DNA from: an uncultured Nitrospinota bacterium
Lineage (GTDB): Bacteria > Tectomicrobia > Entotheonellia > J063 > CAVPRW01
DNA: 64,000 nucleotides
Direction of reading: 5' to 3'
Assembly (NCBI GenBank): GCA_963707985.1
Contig: CAVPRW010000025.1
Coordinates: 32,001-96,000, forward strand
Below are positions 51,593 to 61,852 of this stretch, in pieces; position 1 is the first letter of the stretch; the number at the start of each line of letters is the position of its first letter. The position numbers were made by a program, and so were the translations under genes. The notes under the pieces are model-generated. The model did no database searches, was not told the origin of the DNA, and was given only the letters and a program-made list of their open reading frames with translations.

Positions 51593-52489
51593 TCAGGTCA
51601 CCCGAGGGTCAAGCACGTCGCGAATGCGATCGCCCACCAGGTTGATGGCAAGCACCGTCAGCAGAATCGCCAGACCAGGAAACGTGGAAAGCCACCATGC
51701 GATACTGATGTAGTCACGCCCCAGGGAAATCATTTGACCCCATGAGGGATAGGTGCGACCGGTACCAAGGCCGAGGAAGCTCAGCGCCGCTTCGGCGAGG
51801 ATAGCCTGAGCCGTCTGCAGCGTCGCCATGACGATGACCGACGAGAAAGTGTTGGGCATGATGTGCCCGAAAGCGATCCTCAGATTCGACACCCCGATTG
51901 CTCGTGCCGCTTGTACGAACTCACGCTCCCGCAAAGCCAACACCTCGCCACGCACCACACGAGCATAACGCTCCCATCCCGTGAGGCCCAGGACCAGAAT
52001 AATATTGCCGATCCCAGGGCCAAGCACGGCTACCATGGCAAAGGCGAGGATGAGCTGTGGAAAGGCGAGCATGATATCGACCAAAGCCATGATGGTGGCG
52101 TCGGTTCGTCCACCCCAAAAACCCGCTACCAGACCCAAGGTGACCCCAATTAGCATACTGATGCCGACAGCGCAGATGCCGACCATTAGTGAAATCCGGC
52201 TCCCATGAATGATGCGGCTCCAGATGTCACGGCCGACATTGTCGGTCCCGAGCATATAGGTCATGCTGCCCTCCGCGGCCCAGAACGGAGGCTTGAAGCG
52301 CGCTATCAGCCGCTGTTTATTCGGTTCATGAGGGGCGACATAATCGGCCAACACCGCTCCCATAATGACGGTCAGCAGAATGATGCCTCCAACCACGCCA
52401 ATCGGATTCCGGGTAAATTTACGCCACAACCGTCGCCCTTCGGACAGCTTGAACGGCTCGATCTCGTCATAGGACCGTGCCCGTGCCAT
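51593..52489 (-). CDS. Peptide/nickel ABC transporter permease (DppC-like)
   Basis: LGTDNVGRDIWSR, EFVQAARAIG, PSWGQM. Confidence 0.92.
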   Translation of the reverse strand: MARARSYDEIEPFKLSEGRRLWRKFTRNPIGVVGGIILLTVIMGAVLADYVAPHEPNKQRLIARFKPPFWAAEGSMTYMLGTDNVGRDIWSRIIHGSRISLMVGICAVGISMLIGVTLGLVAGFWGGRTDATIMALVDIMLAFPQLILAFAMVAVLGPGIGNIILVLGLTGWERYARVVRGEVLALREREFVQAARAIGVSNLRIAFGHIMPNTFSSVIVMATLQTAQAILAEAALSFLGLGTGRTYPSWGQMISLGRDYISIAWWLSTFPGLAILLTVLAINLVGDRIRDVLDPRVT

Positions 52490-52520
52490 TACAGCACCTT
52501 TCCTGCCGTACACGTTGGGC

Positions 52521-53435
52521 TCACCTAATGCGTACCTGCGGGTTGAGATAGAGGTAAAGCAAATCCACCAGAAAATTCACCACTACAATGATCAGGGAAA
52601 GCATCATCACACCCGCCTGCACGACAGGAAAGTCAAGCTGGCCGATAGCCCGAAAGATCAGACGCCCGGTACCGGGGATGGCGAAGACCGTCTCGGTCAC
52701 CAAAGCTCCCCCCAGGAGGACACCAAATTGCAGGCCGATCACGGTCACAATGGGGATGGCGGCATTCTTCAGGGCGTGTTTCGCAATGACCAGCCATTCG
52801 TCCAATCCCTTGGCCCGCGCCGTCTGGACATAGTCGAGTCCCAAGACTTCAAGCATGGCGGAGCGCGACATGCGCAAGAACAACGGTGCCTGAAAAGTCC
52901 CAAGCGTTACGGTGGGGAGCACTGTCGCCTGCCATGAGTCCCAACCGGACACCGGGAGGAGCTTGAGACCGACAGCAAATAGCAAAATCAGCATGATCCC
53001 TGTCCAAAAGACCGGCATCGACTGCCCAAGCAGCACGGCCACGGTGGCAACATGATCATACACCGAGTAGCGTTTAACGGCAGTGAAAATCCCCGCCGGG
53101 ATCGCGATGACTACCGCGAGCAGCATGGCCAGTAGCGTCAGCAGGAGCGTCGTTGGCATGCGCTCGAAAACCAGCGCCAGGGCTGGCGAGCGATGGTAAA
53201 GCGATTGCCCGAAATCTCCCTGCATGGCTCGCACCATGAAGGAGCCATATTGCACGAGCAAAGGGCGGTTGAAGCCCATTGCCTCACGCAAGAGAGCGCG
53301 GTCAGCCTCGGTAGCTTCGGGCAATATCGCAGCTACGGGATCCCCCGAGAGATGCATGAGCAAGAAGGTGATGAGCGAGATCCCAAAGCAGATGACCATG
53401 AGCCGCAGCATGCGCCGCAATAGGATCGCCGTCAT
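52521..53435 (-). CDS. Peptide/nickel ABC transporter permease (DppB-like)
   Basis: GDFGQS, DYVQTARAKGL, ETVFAIPG. Confidence 0.92.
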   Translation of the reverse strand: MTAILLRRMLRLMVICFGISLITFLLMHLSGDPVAAILPEATEADRALLREAMGFNRPLLVQYGSFMVRAMQGDFGQSLYHRSPALALVFERMPTTLLLTLLAMLLAVVIAIPAGIFTAVKRYSVYDHVATVAVLLGQSMPVFWTGIMLILLFAVGLKLLPVSGWDSWQATVLPTVTLGTFQAPLFLRMSRSAMLEVLGLDYVQTARAKGLDEWLVIAKHALKNAAIPIVTVIGLQFGVLLGGALVTETVFAIPGTGRLIFRAIGQLDFPVVQAGVMMLSLIIVVVNFLVDLLYLYLNPQVRIR

Positions 53436-53462
53436 GCGAGGCCCCAGTTATGAGCCATGCCC

Positions 53463-55022
53463 CTACTTTCTCAATTTCGCGTCGTAGACCCAAACCCATT
53501 CGTCGCCACGCGCCTCATACACTACGCGCTTGCTGATCCCCAACATATCATACTGATGATACAGGAAGATGCTGGGGGCTTCCTCCTGAATCAGCCGTTG
53601 GATCTTCGCGTAGCTCGTTAGACGTTTGTCTCGATCGACCGTCGAGCGCGCTTCGTCGATCAACTGATCCAGCCCAGGCACGCGGGCATACCATTTTCCA
53701 ACCCAGCCACCGGATTCCGTATGGTAGAGCGGATGTAGGATCGCATCGGCGTCGAACGTTGAATAGTACCCCCAGGTGCCAATGAAGCCATTCGTCGCCT
53801 TGCCTTCGCCCTGGAAGAACTTATCCCAGGCCGGTCCCGGATCCCACATCTTGAGGTTCGTTCGCAAGCCGACCTCCGTGAGCATCTCGGCGAGGGCTTC
53901 GGCGAGCTGACGGTTCCAGGCTGCAGCGGCCCCCGTGTGCAGTGTGATATCGACGCCGGTCGGATAGCCCGCCTGCTTGAGCAATGCTTGCGCTTTCTTG
54001 GGATCGTAGCCGTAAGCTTCGATGCTCGGGTCATAACCAAAGGCCATCGGATTGATTACGGTCGGCACAACCTGGCCCAAACCACCCATGAGCTTCTCTA
54101 TGATCGCCTGCCGATCGATGGCGTAGTTGGCAGCCTGGCGGACCAGCTTGTTGTCAAAGGGAGGATGACGCATGTCCAGAGAGACGAAGTGTGTCCGAAG
54201 AATTGGTGCGGTTGAAACATAGGTGTTGGGGTTCGCCTTGAGATCCGGCATCAGATCGGGAGGCAGGCTGCGCACAATATCGACGCCGCCCGTCTTCAGT
54301 TCGGCCACTTGTGTGGCCGTCTCGGGAATCACCCGGATGATGAAGGTCTTAATCGACGCTGGACCCCGCCAGTGCTCCTCGAAACGTTCCAACCGCAAAT
54401 ACTGATCGCGTTTCCATTCCACGAACTTATAGGGCCCAGTTCCCGACGGAGCCTGTTCCGCGAAGGCTTGCGCACCCACCTTCTCAAAATACTTCTTCGG
54501 CATGATAGGAAAGAACACCATACGCTCCAGGAGTAGTGGGAAGGGCTTATCGGTCACTAACTGCACCGTGTGCTCGTCGATGACCTTCACTTCCTTGACG
54601 GCGCGGACATTGCCGATCTGCGGCGATTTGGTCTCAGGATTGAGGACCCGCTCGAAGGTGAACTTGACGTCCTCGGCACTGAGCAGGTCGCCACTGTGGA
54701 ATTTCACGCCTTTGCGTAACTTGAACTCCCAGGTGGTATCGTCGATGGCACGCCACTCAGTCGCCAGCGAGGGCTCATATTGCAGCTTGGGGGTCTTGTG
54801 CAGCAGGGAGTCATACATGTTGATATTCATTAAGATACCCGGACGCAGGAAGTGCAAAAACGGATCCATATTATTCTGATCGCGCTCGAGGGCAAGCACG
54901 ATCCGATCCTCATCAGCAGCCCCTCCGTTGACAACCGGCATATCCATCAGCACGAGCACCAGCACGAAAAGAGCTACAGTAGCAAGAAAGCTGACGGCGT
55001 CATGGCGATTCAATTGGTACAT
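53463..55022 (-). CDS. ABC transporter substrate-binding protein, family 5
   Basis: Signal/TM segment, FKLRKGVKFH, GTGPY, VRQAANYAIDR. Confidence 0.92.
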   Translation of the reverse strand: MYQLNRHDAVSFLATVALFVLVLVLMDMPVVNGGAADEDRIVLALERDQNNMDPFLHFLRPGILMNINMYDSLLHKTPKLQYEPSLATEWRAIDDTTWEFKLRKGVKFHSGDLLSAEDVKFTFERVLNPETKSPQIGNVRAVKEVKVIDEHTVQLVTDKPFPLLLERMVFFPIMPKKYFEKVGAQAFAEQAPSGTGPYKFVEWKRDQYLRLERFEEHWRGPASIKTFIIRVIPETATQVAELKTGGVDIVRSLPPDLMPDLKANPNTYVSTAPILRTHFVSLDMRHPPFDNKLVRQAANYAIDRQAIIEKLMGGLGQVVPTVINPMAFGYDPSIEAYGYDPKKAQALLKQAGYPTGVDITLHTGAAAAWNRQLAEALAEMLTEVGLRTNLKMWDPGPAWDKFFQGEGKATNGFIGTWGYYSTFDADAILHPLYHTESGGWVGKWYARVPGLDQLIDEARSTVDRDKRLTSYAKIQRLIQEEAPSIFLYHQYDMLGISKRVVYEARGDEWVWVYDAKLRK

Positions 55023-55104
55023 GATGCGTTCCTTTTGCACAGATCGACACGCAATCTTCGGCTATCCTTCAGAAGCTTGATATCATTGTCCAATTCCGGA
55101 CCGC

Positions 55105-55133
55105 ACTATAATGGATTCACCCTAAAAGCGCAA
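55105..55133 (-). promoter_or_regulatory. Possible sigma70 promoter of the SBP-ABC-tcuA-etf operon
   Basis: TTGCGC-17 bp-TATAGT on the minus strand. Confidence 0.45.
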
Positions 55134-55335
55134 CGACCTTCTCGGTCGAAAGGCTGCACCTCTGCACGGCGCGACTCCTATGGACTGATGCCCGCTCTTG
55201 AGGGAAGATGGGCCCAGAAGCGCCTCGGGGCACCGTAAAAATTCGATGCAACCTCCTCTACCGGCTGGTCAGGATCCGGTCAGACGGCAACGATAGAACT
55301 CTGCTAGCAGGCTATGGGTACGAAGGAGGCCCCGT

Positions 55336-55585
55336 ATGGACATCATCAGCACTGCCGTGCAACCTATTCGCTACCCAAAGCGTGATGGAAAGCCGATGGC
55401 CGAGACGGATATGCATATCGATGTCCTGATCTACCTGCGAGAAGCGCTGTGAAACCACTTCCGCAACGAGCCACAAGTGTACGTCGCCGGCAACATGTTG
55501 TTCTACTATGAAGAGGGGAACCCTGCGGCCTGTGTAGCGTCCGACGTGCTCGTGGTGCAGGGGGTGGCGAAGGAGGAGCAAAGGT
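55336..55585 (+). pseudogene. Uma2 (DUF820) family endonuclease pseudogene
   Basis: RBS GAAGGAGG, then IRYPKRDGKPMAETDMH..REAL*NHF..YVAGNMLFYYEEGNP..SDVLVVQGV. It has an internal stop and is 3'-truncated. Confidence 0.8.
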
Positions 55586-55746
55586 TACCGGGTGCTGCAG
55601 GGCGACCACCAGCGCATGCTCCCTGGAGACCCCAGGCGAACTCGTCAGTCACCCGCCTGCGAAGTGAGGCACGCACATAATAGATGTGCCCACGAGTCGA
55701 CGACGCATCCGAGCCGCCCCCAGGGCCGCTCGGATCGCCCCGGACA

Positions 55747-56262
55747 CTAGCGCCCCACAGCACTCACGGCCTGTTTCTGCTTGATCAAGTTCATCAGGCC
55801 ACCAGCGCTGATAATCTCTAGGATCTCAGGGGGATAAGGCTTGATCTGAAAGGTGCGGCCCGAGCGTAGATTCGTGATGGTCCCCTGTCCCAGAGATACT
55901 TCAATCCCATCCCCAGCCTGAAAATCATCGACGGCCTCGGGGACCTCAAGTGCCGGTAGCCCGATGTTGATGGCGTTACGGTAGAAGATGCGGGCAAAAC
56001 TTTTGGCGATCACGCAGGCCACGCCATTGGCTTTCAGGGCCACTGGCGCATGCTCGCGCGACGAGCCACCGCCGAAATTCTCCTCGCCGACGATGACATC
56101 TCCCGTCTGCACGGTCTTCAGAAAATTGGGATCGTAATCCTCGAAACAGTGCGGACCCAATTCCTGGGCCGTACTGAGCATCAGGTAGCGCCCCGGTAGG
56201 ATATAGTCGGTATTGATGTCACGTCCATAACGAAAAACCTTGCCTCGAATCAGCTCAGCCAT
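55747..56262 (-). CDS. leuD: Aconitase-superfamily dehydratase small subunit (LeuD/HacB type)
   Basis: INTDYILPGRY, NFGGGSSREHA, SFARIFYRNAINIG. Confidence 0.85.
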   Translation of the reverse strand: MAELIRGKVFRYGRDINTDYILPGRYLMLSTAQELGPHCFEDYDPNFLKTVQTGDVIVGEENFGGGSSREHAPVALKANGVACVIAKSFARIFYRNAINIGLPALEVPEAVDDFQAGDGIEVSLGQGTITNLRSGRTFQIKPYPPEILEIISAGGLMNLIKQKQAVSAVGR

Positions 56263-56279
56263 CGATCTCTTCTCCGATC

Positions 56280-57587
56280 TTACGAGCGCGAAAACTGGCA
56301 CAGTGCCACGTCATCCCCTGCCACTTCTCGTGGGTCGGTGATATACCCGGTTACAGCGGACGCGGCGGCGACGGCCGGCGAGCACAGAAAGGTCTCCCCC
56401 TTGGGGTCGCCGGTGCGGCCGTGGAAATTACGGTTCGAGGTGGACAACATCTTCTCGCCGGCGCCGATGACCCCGAAGTAGCCGCCAATGCAGGGACCAC
56501 ACGTGCCCTCAGCGATCGAAAAACCAGCCCGCACTAAGACTTCGATAATCCCTTCCTCCAGGGCTTTGAGCCAAATCTCATGGCTAGCAGGTATGGCGAC
56601 TCCACGCGTGCCGGGAGCCAGTTTCTTGCCTTTGAGAATCTTCGCTGCGATACGCAGGTCTTCGATTTTCGCGTTCGTACAGGAGCCGATGAAGACCTGA
56701 TCGATCTTGATCTTTTCCCGTACGGCATCGCTTACTGGATGGGTGTTGCTGGGCAGATGCGGGAAGGCGATGAGGGGTTCGAGGTTGGTCACATCCCATT
56801 CATAGACCCGGTGATAGCGAGCTCCAGGGTCGGCATCAACTGGATCGAGGGCTCGTTTGGCTCGTTTTTCTTCGTATTCCACCAACTTGGCATCGCACGG
56901 GAAGATAGCGTTCTTGGCGCCAGCCTCGATCGCCATGTTCGCCATGGTCAAGCGTCCTTCAACCGACAGGGCTGCAATGGCCTCGCCATGATATTCAAGC
57001 GCTTGGTACAGGGCCCCATCGTCACCCATCTGGTTGATCAGAAACAATACCAGGTCCTTACCCGATACCCAGGGATTTTGAGGGACGCCATGAAAGACGA
57101 CCTTAATGGTTTCCGGCACTCGGAGCCAGAGTTCGCCAGTCACCCACGCCGCGGCCAGATCGGTCGAGCCAATCCCCACCGCAAAGGTGTTGACTCCGCC
57201 ATAGGTGCAACTATGAGAATCCGCACCGAGCACCAGATCACCCGGCACGACATAGCCCTCATCCGGCAATAACGCGTGTTCGATCCCCCCCTGGCCAGCT
57301 TCGAAGTAATGCCGGACACCGAAGGCCTCGACGAACTCCCGACACGTCTTGGCCATCCGCGCCGAGGCGATGTCCTTCGCCGGCACGAAGTGGCTCATCA
57401 CGACATACAACTTGTCAGGCTCGGCGAGGCGCTCAATGCCATAATCTTTCAAGATGATAGCTGACATGGCTGTGGTAATATCGTTACTCATGACCACGTC
57501 CGGCTTGGCCGTGACCAGATCACCCGCCGACACCGAGGCTTTCCCGGACTTTCTGGCGAGTAGTTTTTCACTCATCGTCATGGGCAT
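56280..57587 (-). CDS. leuC: Aconitase-superfamily dehydratase large subunit (LeuC/HacA type)
   Basis: GIEH, GADSHSCTYG, FIGSCTN, TCGPCIG, STSNRNF. Confidence 0.85.
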   Translation of the reverse strand: MPMTMSEKLLARKSGKASVSAGDLVTAKPDVVMSNDITTAMSAIILKDYGIERLAEPDKLYVVMSHFVPAKDIASARMAKTCREFVEAFGVRHYFEAGQGGIEHALLPDEGYVVPGDLVLGADSHSCTYGGVNTFAVGIGSTDLAAAWVTGELWLRVPETIKVVFHGVPQNPWVSGKDLVLFLINQMGDDGALYQALEYHGEAIAALSVEGRLTMANMAIEAGAKNAIFPCDAKLVEYEEKRAKRALDPVDADPGARYHRVYEWDVTNLEPLIAFPHLPSNTHPVSDAVREKIKIDQVFIGSCTNAKIEDLRIAAKILKGKKLAPGTRGVAIPASHEIWLKALEEGIIEVLVRAGFSIAEGTCGPCIGGYFGVIGAGEKMLSTSNRNFHGRTGDPKGETFLCSPAVAAASAVTGYITDPREVAGDDVALCQFSRS

Positions 57588-57687
57588 GAATATTCTCCTT
57601 CTCGTTTCAGACAATGAAACCTGCCTCACAGACAGGATCAAAACTCATCTGCCCACACCGCTTCTCCATTGGGGGCGCGCCCTAGGC

Positions 57688-58875
57688 TCATATGACCCCG
57701 GCCGTCCTCAGCTCATCGATCATCTCGTCTTGATAGCCGAGACGCTGGAGCACCTGGCGTGTATGCTGACCGAGGGTCGGGGCGGGGAGCTGCATGGCAC
57801 TGGGGGTTTGGCTCAGCTTAATGTTAAATCCCGTCATTCTGACGCGTCCAGCTACGGGGTGATCCACCTCCGTGAGCATCTCACGCGCCACTACATGCGG
57901 ATCCGTGAACACCTCCGCGTAACTGTTCACGGGACCGCAAGGAATCTCCGCAGCCTCGAGCTTCTCGAGCCAGTATCTGCCATCGTGCGTCACGGTGACA
58001 CGTTCGACGATGTCCTGCAGGAGGTGTTTGTTGGCGACGCGGTCAGCATTGGTTTTGAACTGCGGGTCGGACAGAAGCCTCTCCAACCCGATGATCTGGC
58101 AGAAGCGTTGCCAAAAATGCGCACTATCGGCGGCGATGGCGATATAGCCATCCTTGACACGGAAGGCGCCATGCGGCGCATTACGGCGATGGGTCGACCC
58201 AAGCGGGCCGGGAAGTTCGCCGCCGGCAAGAAAAGTAGCCGATTCCACCAGTGACAGGGCAATGGAGGTATCAAGTAGTGACGTGTCGACCAACTGACCC
58301 TCGCCGGTGCGCTGTCGCGCAATATAAGCACATACGATGCCAAAGGCAGCAAACATGCCGCTCCCGATGTCCGCGATGGGGACCCCAGCTTTTGCGGGTG
58401 GCATGTCGGGGTGCCCGGTGGCACTCATGATGCCGCTCATGGCCTGGGCGATGGTATCATAGCCGCCACGGTTGGCATAAGGGCCAGTCTGGCCGAAGCC
58501 GGAGATCGAGCCATAGATGAGGCGTGGGTTCAACTTTTTCACCGCCTCATAGTCAAATCCCAGGTTGGCCATGGTGCCGGGGCGGAAGTTTTCGACCAAG
58601 ACATCCGCTCGTTCGATAAGCTGGGTCAAGATTTTCTTTGCCGCTGGATGCTTGAGATTTAGCGTCAGACTCTGCTTGTTGCGATTAATGGCGAGGAACA
58701 TGGCACTCTCCCCGTTGAGATAGGGAGGGCCAAAGCCGCGGGTGTCATCGCCCCCGTCTGGCCGTTCGATTTTGATCACTTCGGCGCCCATATCCCCCAA
58801 CATCATCGTGCAATAGGGGCCGGCAAGCACGCGGGTCAGATCGACCACGGTGATCCCTGTCAGGGGTGGTGCCAT
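57688..58875 (-). CDS. Class III CoA transferase (CaiB/BaiF family)
   Basis: DLTRVLAGP, GAEVIKIE, NRNKQS, ENFRPG, GFGQTGP..GYD. Confidence 0.93.
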   Translation of the reverse strand: MAPPLTGITVVDLTRVLAGPYCTMMLGDMGAEVIKIERPDGGDDTRGFGPPYLNGESAMFLAINRNKQSLTLNLKHPAAKKILTQLIERADVLVENFRPGTMANLGFDYEAVKKLNPRLIYGSISGFGQTGPYANRGGYDTIAQAMSGIMSATGHPDMPPAKAGVPIADIGSGMFAAFGIVCAYIARQRTGEGQLVDTSLLDTSIALSLVESATFLAGGELPGPLGSTHRRNAPHGAFRVKDGYIAIAADSAHFWQRFCQIIGLERLLSDPQFKTNADRVANKHLLQDIVERVTVTHDGRYWLEKLEAAEIPCGPVNSYAEVFTDPHVVAREMLTEVDHPVAGRVRMTGFNIKLSQTPSAMQLPAPTLGQHTRQVLQRLGYQDEMIDELRTAGVI

Positions 58876-58923
58876 CGGCAAAACTCCTTTCATGATCGGC
58901 AAATCCTCGGACGTGGATGTGGT

Positions 58924-59007
58924 ATTCTCTAGCGTCCAGTACCAATTGTCAACCCGCTGTGCCGACGCCCCTTTTCATTTGACTCCAATGGGAGAACCGC
59001 CTACATT
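58924..59007. promoter_or_regulatory. Divergent sigma70-like promoters
   Basis: Minus strand TTGACA-17-GAGAAT (58952-58924). Plus strand TTGACT-17-TACATT (58979-59007). Confidence 0.55.
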
Positions 59008-59053
59008 ACCTGGAATGCAGGTGATCGTTGGCAAGAATCCATGGGTGAGATTG

Positions 59054-60220
59054 ATGGTACGTGTCGCACCTCGCTCATATTCACCGCAGTCTCGGACCGG
59101 CTGGTTTCTTCTGTTGTCGGTGATGTTGCATCTGCTGCTCATCGTGGCCCTTAGTCTACCGCTACGGCCTTGGGAGTTGCTGCACCGGGAAGCAAAGGAG
59201 GAGAAAAGAGAGCCAATCCTCGTCTCCTTAGTGCGTCCAGAGAATACCGAAGAGCCCGCAAAAGCACAAGTCTTCGCCGAAACGTCAAGTCGTGCCCAAA
59301 CGCCAGAGGGCCCCAAGGACGATGTCTCCAGGGCAAACAGGACCATTTTGCCCAAAGAGGAACAACCACCAGCCCAGCCAACTCCCCCGCCCGAGGCGCA
59401 AGCGCCTGAACAGCCCCAGCCTCCAGTCGCGCCACCGCCGCTCCAGGCGACTCCCAAGCGCACTCCGGAGGCACCACCCAAGCGCCCACCAGCCCTCCCC
59501 CGTCGCCAAGAGCCGGCCAAACCGACGACCCAGGCCCCCGCAAAACCACCGCGTCCTCCTGCCGAGCCGCCTGAGCCAAAGCGACAGGCCAAGATTCCAG
59601 AGCCCGCTGAGCCGACTCCCCCCCACCCCGTGCAGGATCGTGCTCCTGCCGAATGGTCTGAACCGCGGCGCTTGGCCAAACTTCCGGAGCCCGCAGGGTC
59701 TTCTATGGGGCAGCTGCCACAGGAGTATGCACCCTCCGCTCGGCCGTTCGCAAACTCCCTCTCCGAGCCTGAACAGAAAGCAGTGCCTCGTCTTGGGCGT
59801 ATCCCACTGCTCAGTGGAGAAGATTTGGAAAAATATGCCCAAGTGCGCTCCTCGGACCAGCAGAGCTCCTCAGGGGGAGGAGTCTCACTCGACACCAAGG
59901 AAATCAAATATCTCTCCTATTTCGCCCACATCAAACGGCGTATCGAACAGGTCTGGACGTATCCGTCAGGTGCCATCGCCAATGGCCTGCAAGGCCAGCT
60001 GCATCTGAAATTTGTTTTGCGCAACGATGGCCAGGTGAAAACCGTTGAGCTGCTGCGCTCATCAGGGTATAAGGTGCTGGACAAGGAAGCTTGGGATGCG
60101 GTAGTGAACGGTGGACCTTTTGGGCCGTTTCCGCCCACAATTCCTGACGATGAATTGCAGATCACGGCACGGTTCACGTATGTGTTGGATGAATCGGCAC
60201 AACGCATGCGCATGCGTTGA
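59054..60220 (+). CDS. TonB-family energy transducer
   Basis: TM helix SVMLHLLL (SxxxH), a long Pro-rich spacer and TonB_C (YFAHIKRRIEQVWTYP..SSGYKVLD..PFGPFP). Confidence 0.88.
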   Translation: MVRVAPRSYSPQSRTGWFLLLSVMLHLLLIVALSLPLRPWELLHREAKEEKREPILVSLVRPENTEEPAKAQVFAETSSRAQTPEGPKDDVSRANRTILPKEEQPPAQPTPPPEAQAPEQPQPPVAPPPLQATPKRTPEAPPKRPPALPRRQEPAKPTTQAPAKPPRPPAEPPEPKRQAKIPEPAEPTPPHPVQDRAPAEWSEPRRLAKLPEPAGSSMGQLPQEYAPSARPFANSLSEPEQKAVPRLGRIPLLSGEDLEKYAQVRSSDQQSSSGGGVSLDTKEIKYLSYFAHIKRRIEQVWTYPSGAIANGLQGQLHLKFVLRNDGQVKTVELLRSSGYKVLDKEAWDAVVNGGPFGPFPPTIPDDELQITARFTYVLDESAQRMRMR

Positions 60221-60519
60221 TCGCTCAGCTTTTTGGACAGCTCCACATGCACCTCTGGCGGACATTTGAGTTTCGTGGCCGTGACCTCAATGGCAACCCG
60301 TTCGTCGATTTTGGCTTTGTCGAGGTCGCAGAGGAAGGTCTGGGGCTGACCAGTCATATGCTCCAACAGCCCCTGTGGGTGGACAGCGCGCCTCAGGTTC
60401 TGCCGACCTTCAAACGCTACTATGAAGCACAAGGCTTCTCGGACCTACGATACAAGGTTCTCTGGCAGGAAGGGGGCCCTGTCGATGCCCCCTTTGCTGA
60501 GGGTTGGGAGGATCTGTAG
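60217..60519 (+). CDS. Hypothetical protein coupled to tonB
   Basis: The TTG start overlaps the tonB stop (TTGA). The 100-aa sequence looks protein-like. Confidence 0.55.
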   Translation: MIAQLFGQLHMHLWRTFEFRGRDLNGNPFVDFGFVEVAEEGLGLTSHMLQQPLWVDSAPQVLPTFKRYYEAQGFSDLRYKVLWQEGGPVDAPFAEGWEDL

Positions 60520-60626
60520 CGAGTACCGTGGTGGCTTGCTCTAGAATGCCGCGCACGCCCTGGTCTCAGGCTATATTCCCCCGAACCCCATGCGATGCCG
60601 CGGTAGGATCGCGCTGTGGGCAGGTC

Positions 60627-61190
60627 CTATAGGCCTTTGGTAAGCTTTGCCACCTGGCCCAGAATCTCCTCGGAGTCTAGCAAGTGGCTGGGCTGATCCA
60701 TAATGTGCTTATAGCGCACGACCCCCTGCTTGTCGATGAAGACATAGGCGCGCTTGGAATAACGAAAAAAGGGTGAATCGGGGTTGTCATCCATCACACC
60801 ATATTTTTTCACGATCTCCCGAGAAAAATCATCGATCAATGGATAGGTTAGCCCCAATTTTTCGGCGAAGGCTCTTTGTGCTCCGATATGATCAACACTG
60901 ACCCCCAGGACCTGGGTGTCGAGGCTTTCAAACTTCGGTAAATCGAGTTGGAAAGCCAGCGTTTCGTTCGTTCAGACGCCGCCAAATGCTCGCACGAAGA
61001 AAAACATCAAGACATTTTTCTTGCCCTGGTAATCCGACAGGCGTGTCGATTCGCCAACTGTATCGAAGGCCAGAAAATCTGGGGCTTTGTCTCCGACGTC
61101 AAGGGCTCTGATTGACATAGGCGTCAACAACATCAGGATAGAAAGGGCGATCACGATCATCGTCGGCTTGTGTATATCGTGTGGCATCAT
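60627..61190 (-). CDS. Peroxiredoxin/AhpC-TSA-like selenoprotein (in-frame UGA at 60974-60972), with signal peptide
   Basis: ORFs 60972-61271 and 60627-60857 are one frame: LDVGDKAPDF..LSDYQGKKNVLMFFFVRAFGGV-UGA-TNETLAFQ..TQVLGVSVD..LTYPLIDD..KRAYVFIDKQG. The UGA is at the peroxidatic Cys position. Confidence 0.85.
60923..60957 (-). promoter_or_regulatory. Putative bacterial SECIS hairpin
   Basis: GGCUUUC-CAACUCG-AUUUAC-CGAAGUUU-GAAAGCC begins 14 nt after the UGA. Confidence 0.6.
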
Positions 61191-61852
61191 CGCAGTCTCC
61201 TCTGGTTTACTCTGAAAATGATCCCTTCGACCCAAGACGGTCCAGGCCTTCGACCGCTTCTCCACCCCCATCTGTCGGGCTCGGGCAATGATTTAATCCG
61301 GTCTTGAAAGACACGTCAATAGGTTTCTCCCATGCGCTGGAGGGTGAGCACACATGCCAGGTGACCTGTCAAGCCTGGAGGTCGACGCCATAAGATCGCA
61401 TTCTGACCCTGCTTGTGAGGTCACGACCTGCACGAAAACATCCCACTCACTGTGCTATCAATAAATTAGCAACATATGTGCCAATAGTTCTCAGAGCTCA
61501 TGAAGCTCATGAAGTGCTCCGAGAGCTGAGCTTGCGTAGCCCGGGCAGCGATAAGCCGCGGGCTCGTAGAAGGCTAGACATCATGGCGACCTCTGGCCAT
61601 TGCGGCGATGCTATCCGTGTGGCAGTGGAAGAGTCTGATTCTTGGGCAGAACTGGACGCTATGGTCAGATTTGCACAGCAGGCTGAAAATGTCCATCCGT
61701 CCGCTATCCCCTTGACATGCAGGGCACTCCTGGATACTCTGATATCCTATTACGCATAGCCATCTCAGGCCGGACGACCAGTCATCCCGAACGTTCGAAC
61801 GGCTGTCATGATCTGCACAGGCGAATGGCGTACCGGTAGAGGGAAGTCGCCC

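Noticed and set aside
61415..61759. 114-aa plus-strand ORF
   Set aside because: No recognisable motif or clear RBS, so I cannot support it as a gene.
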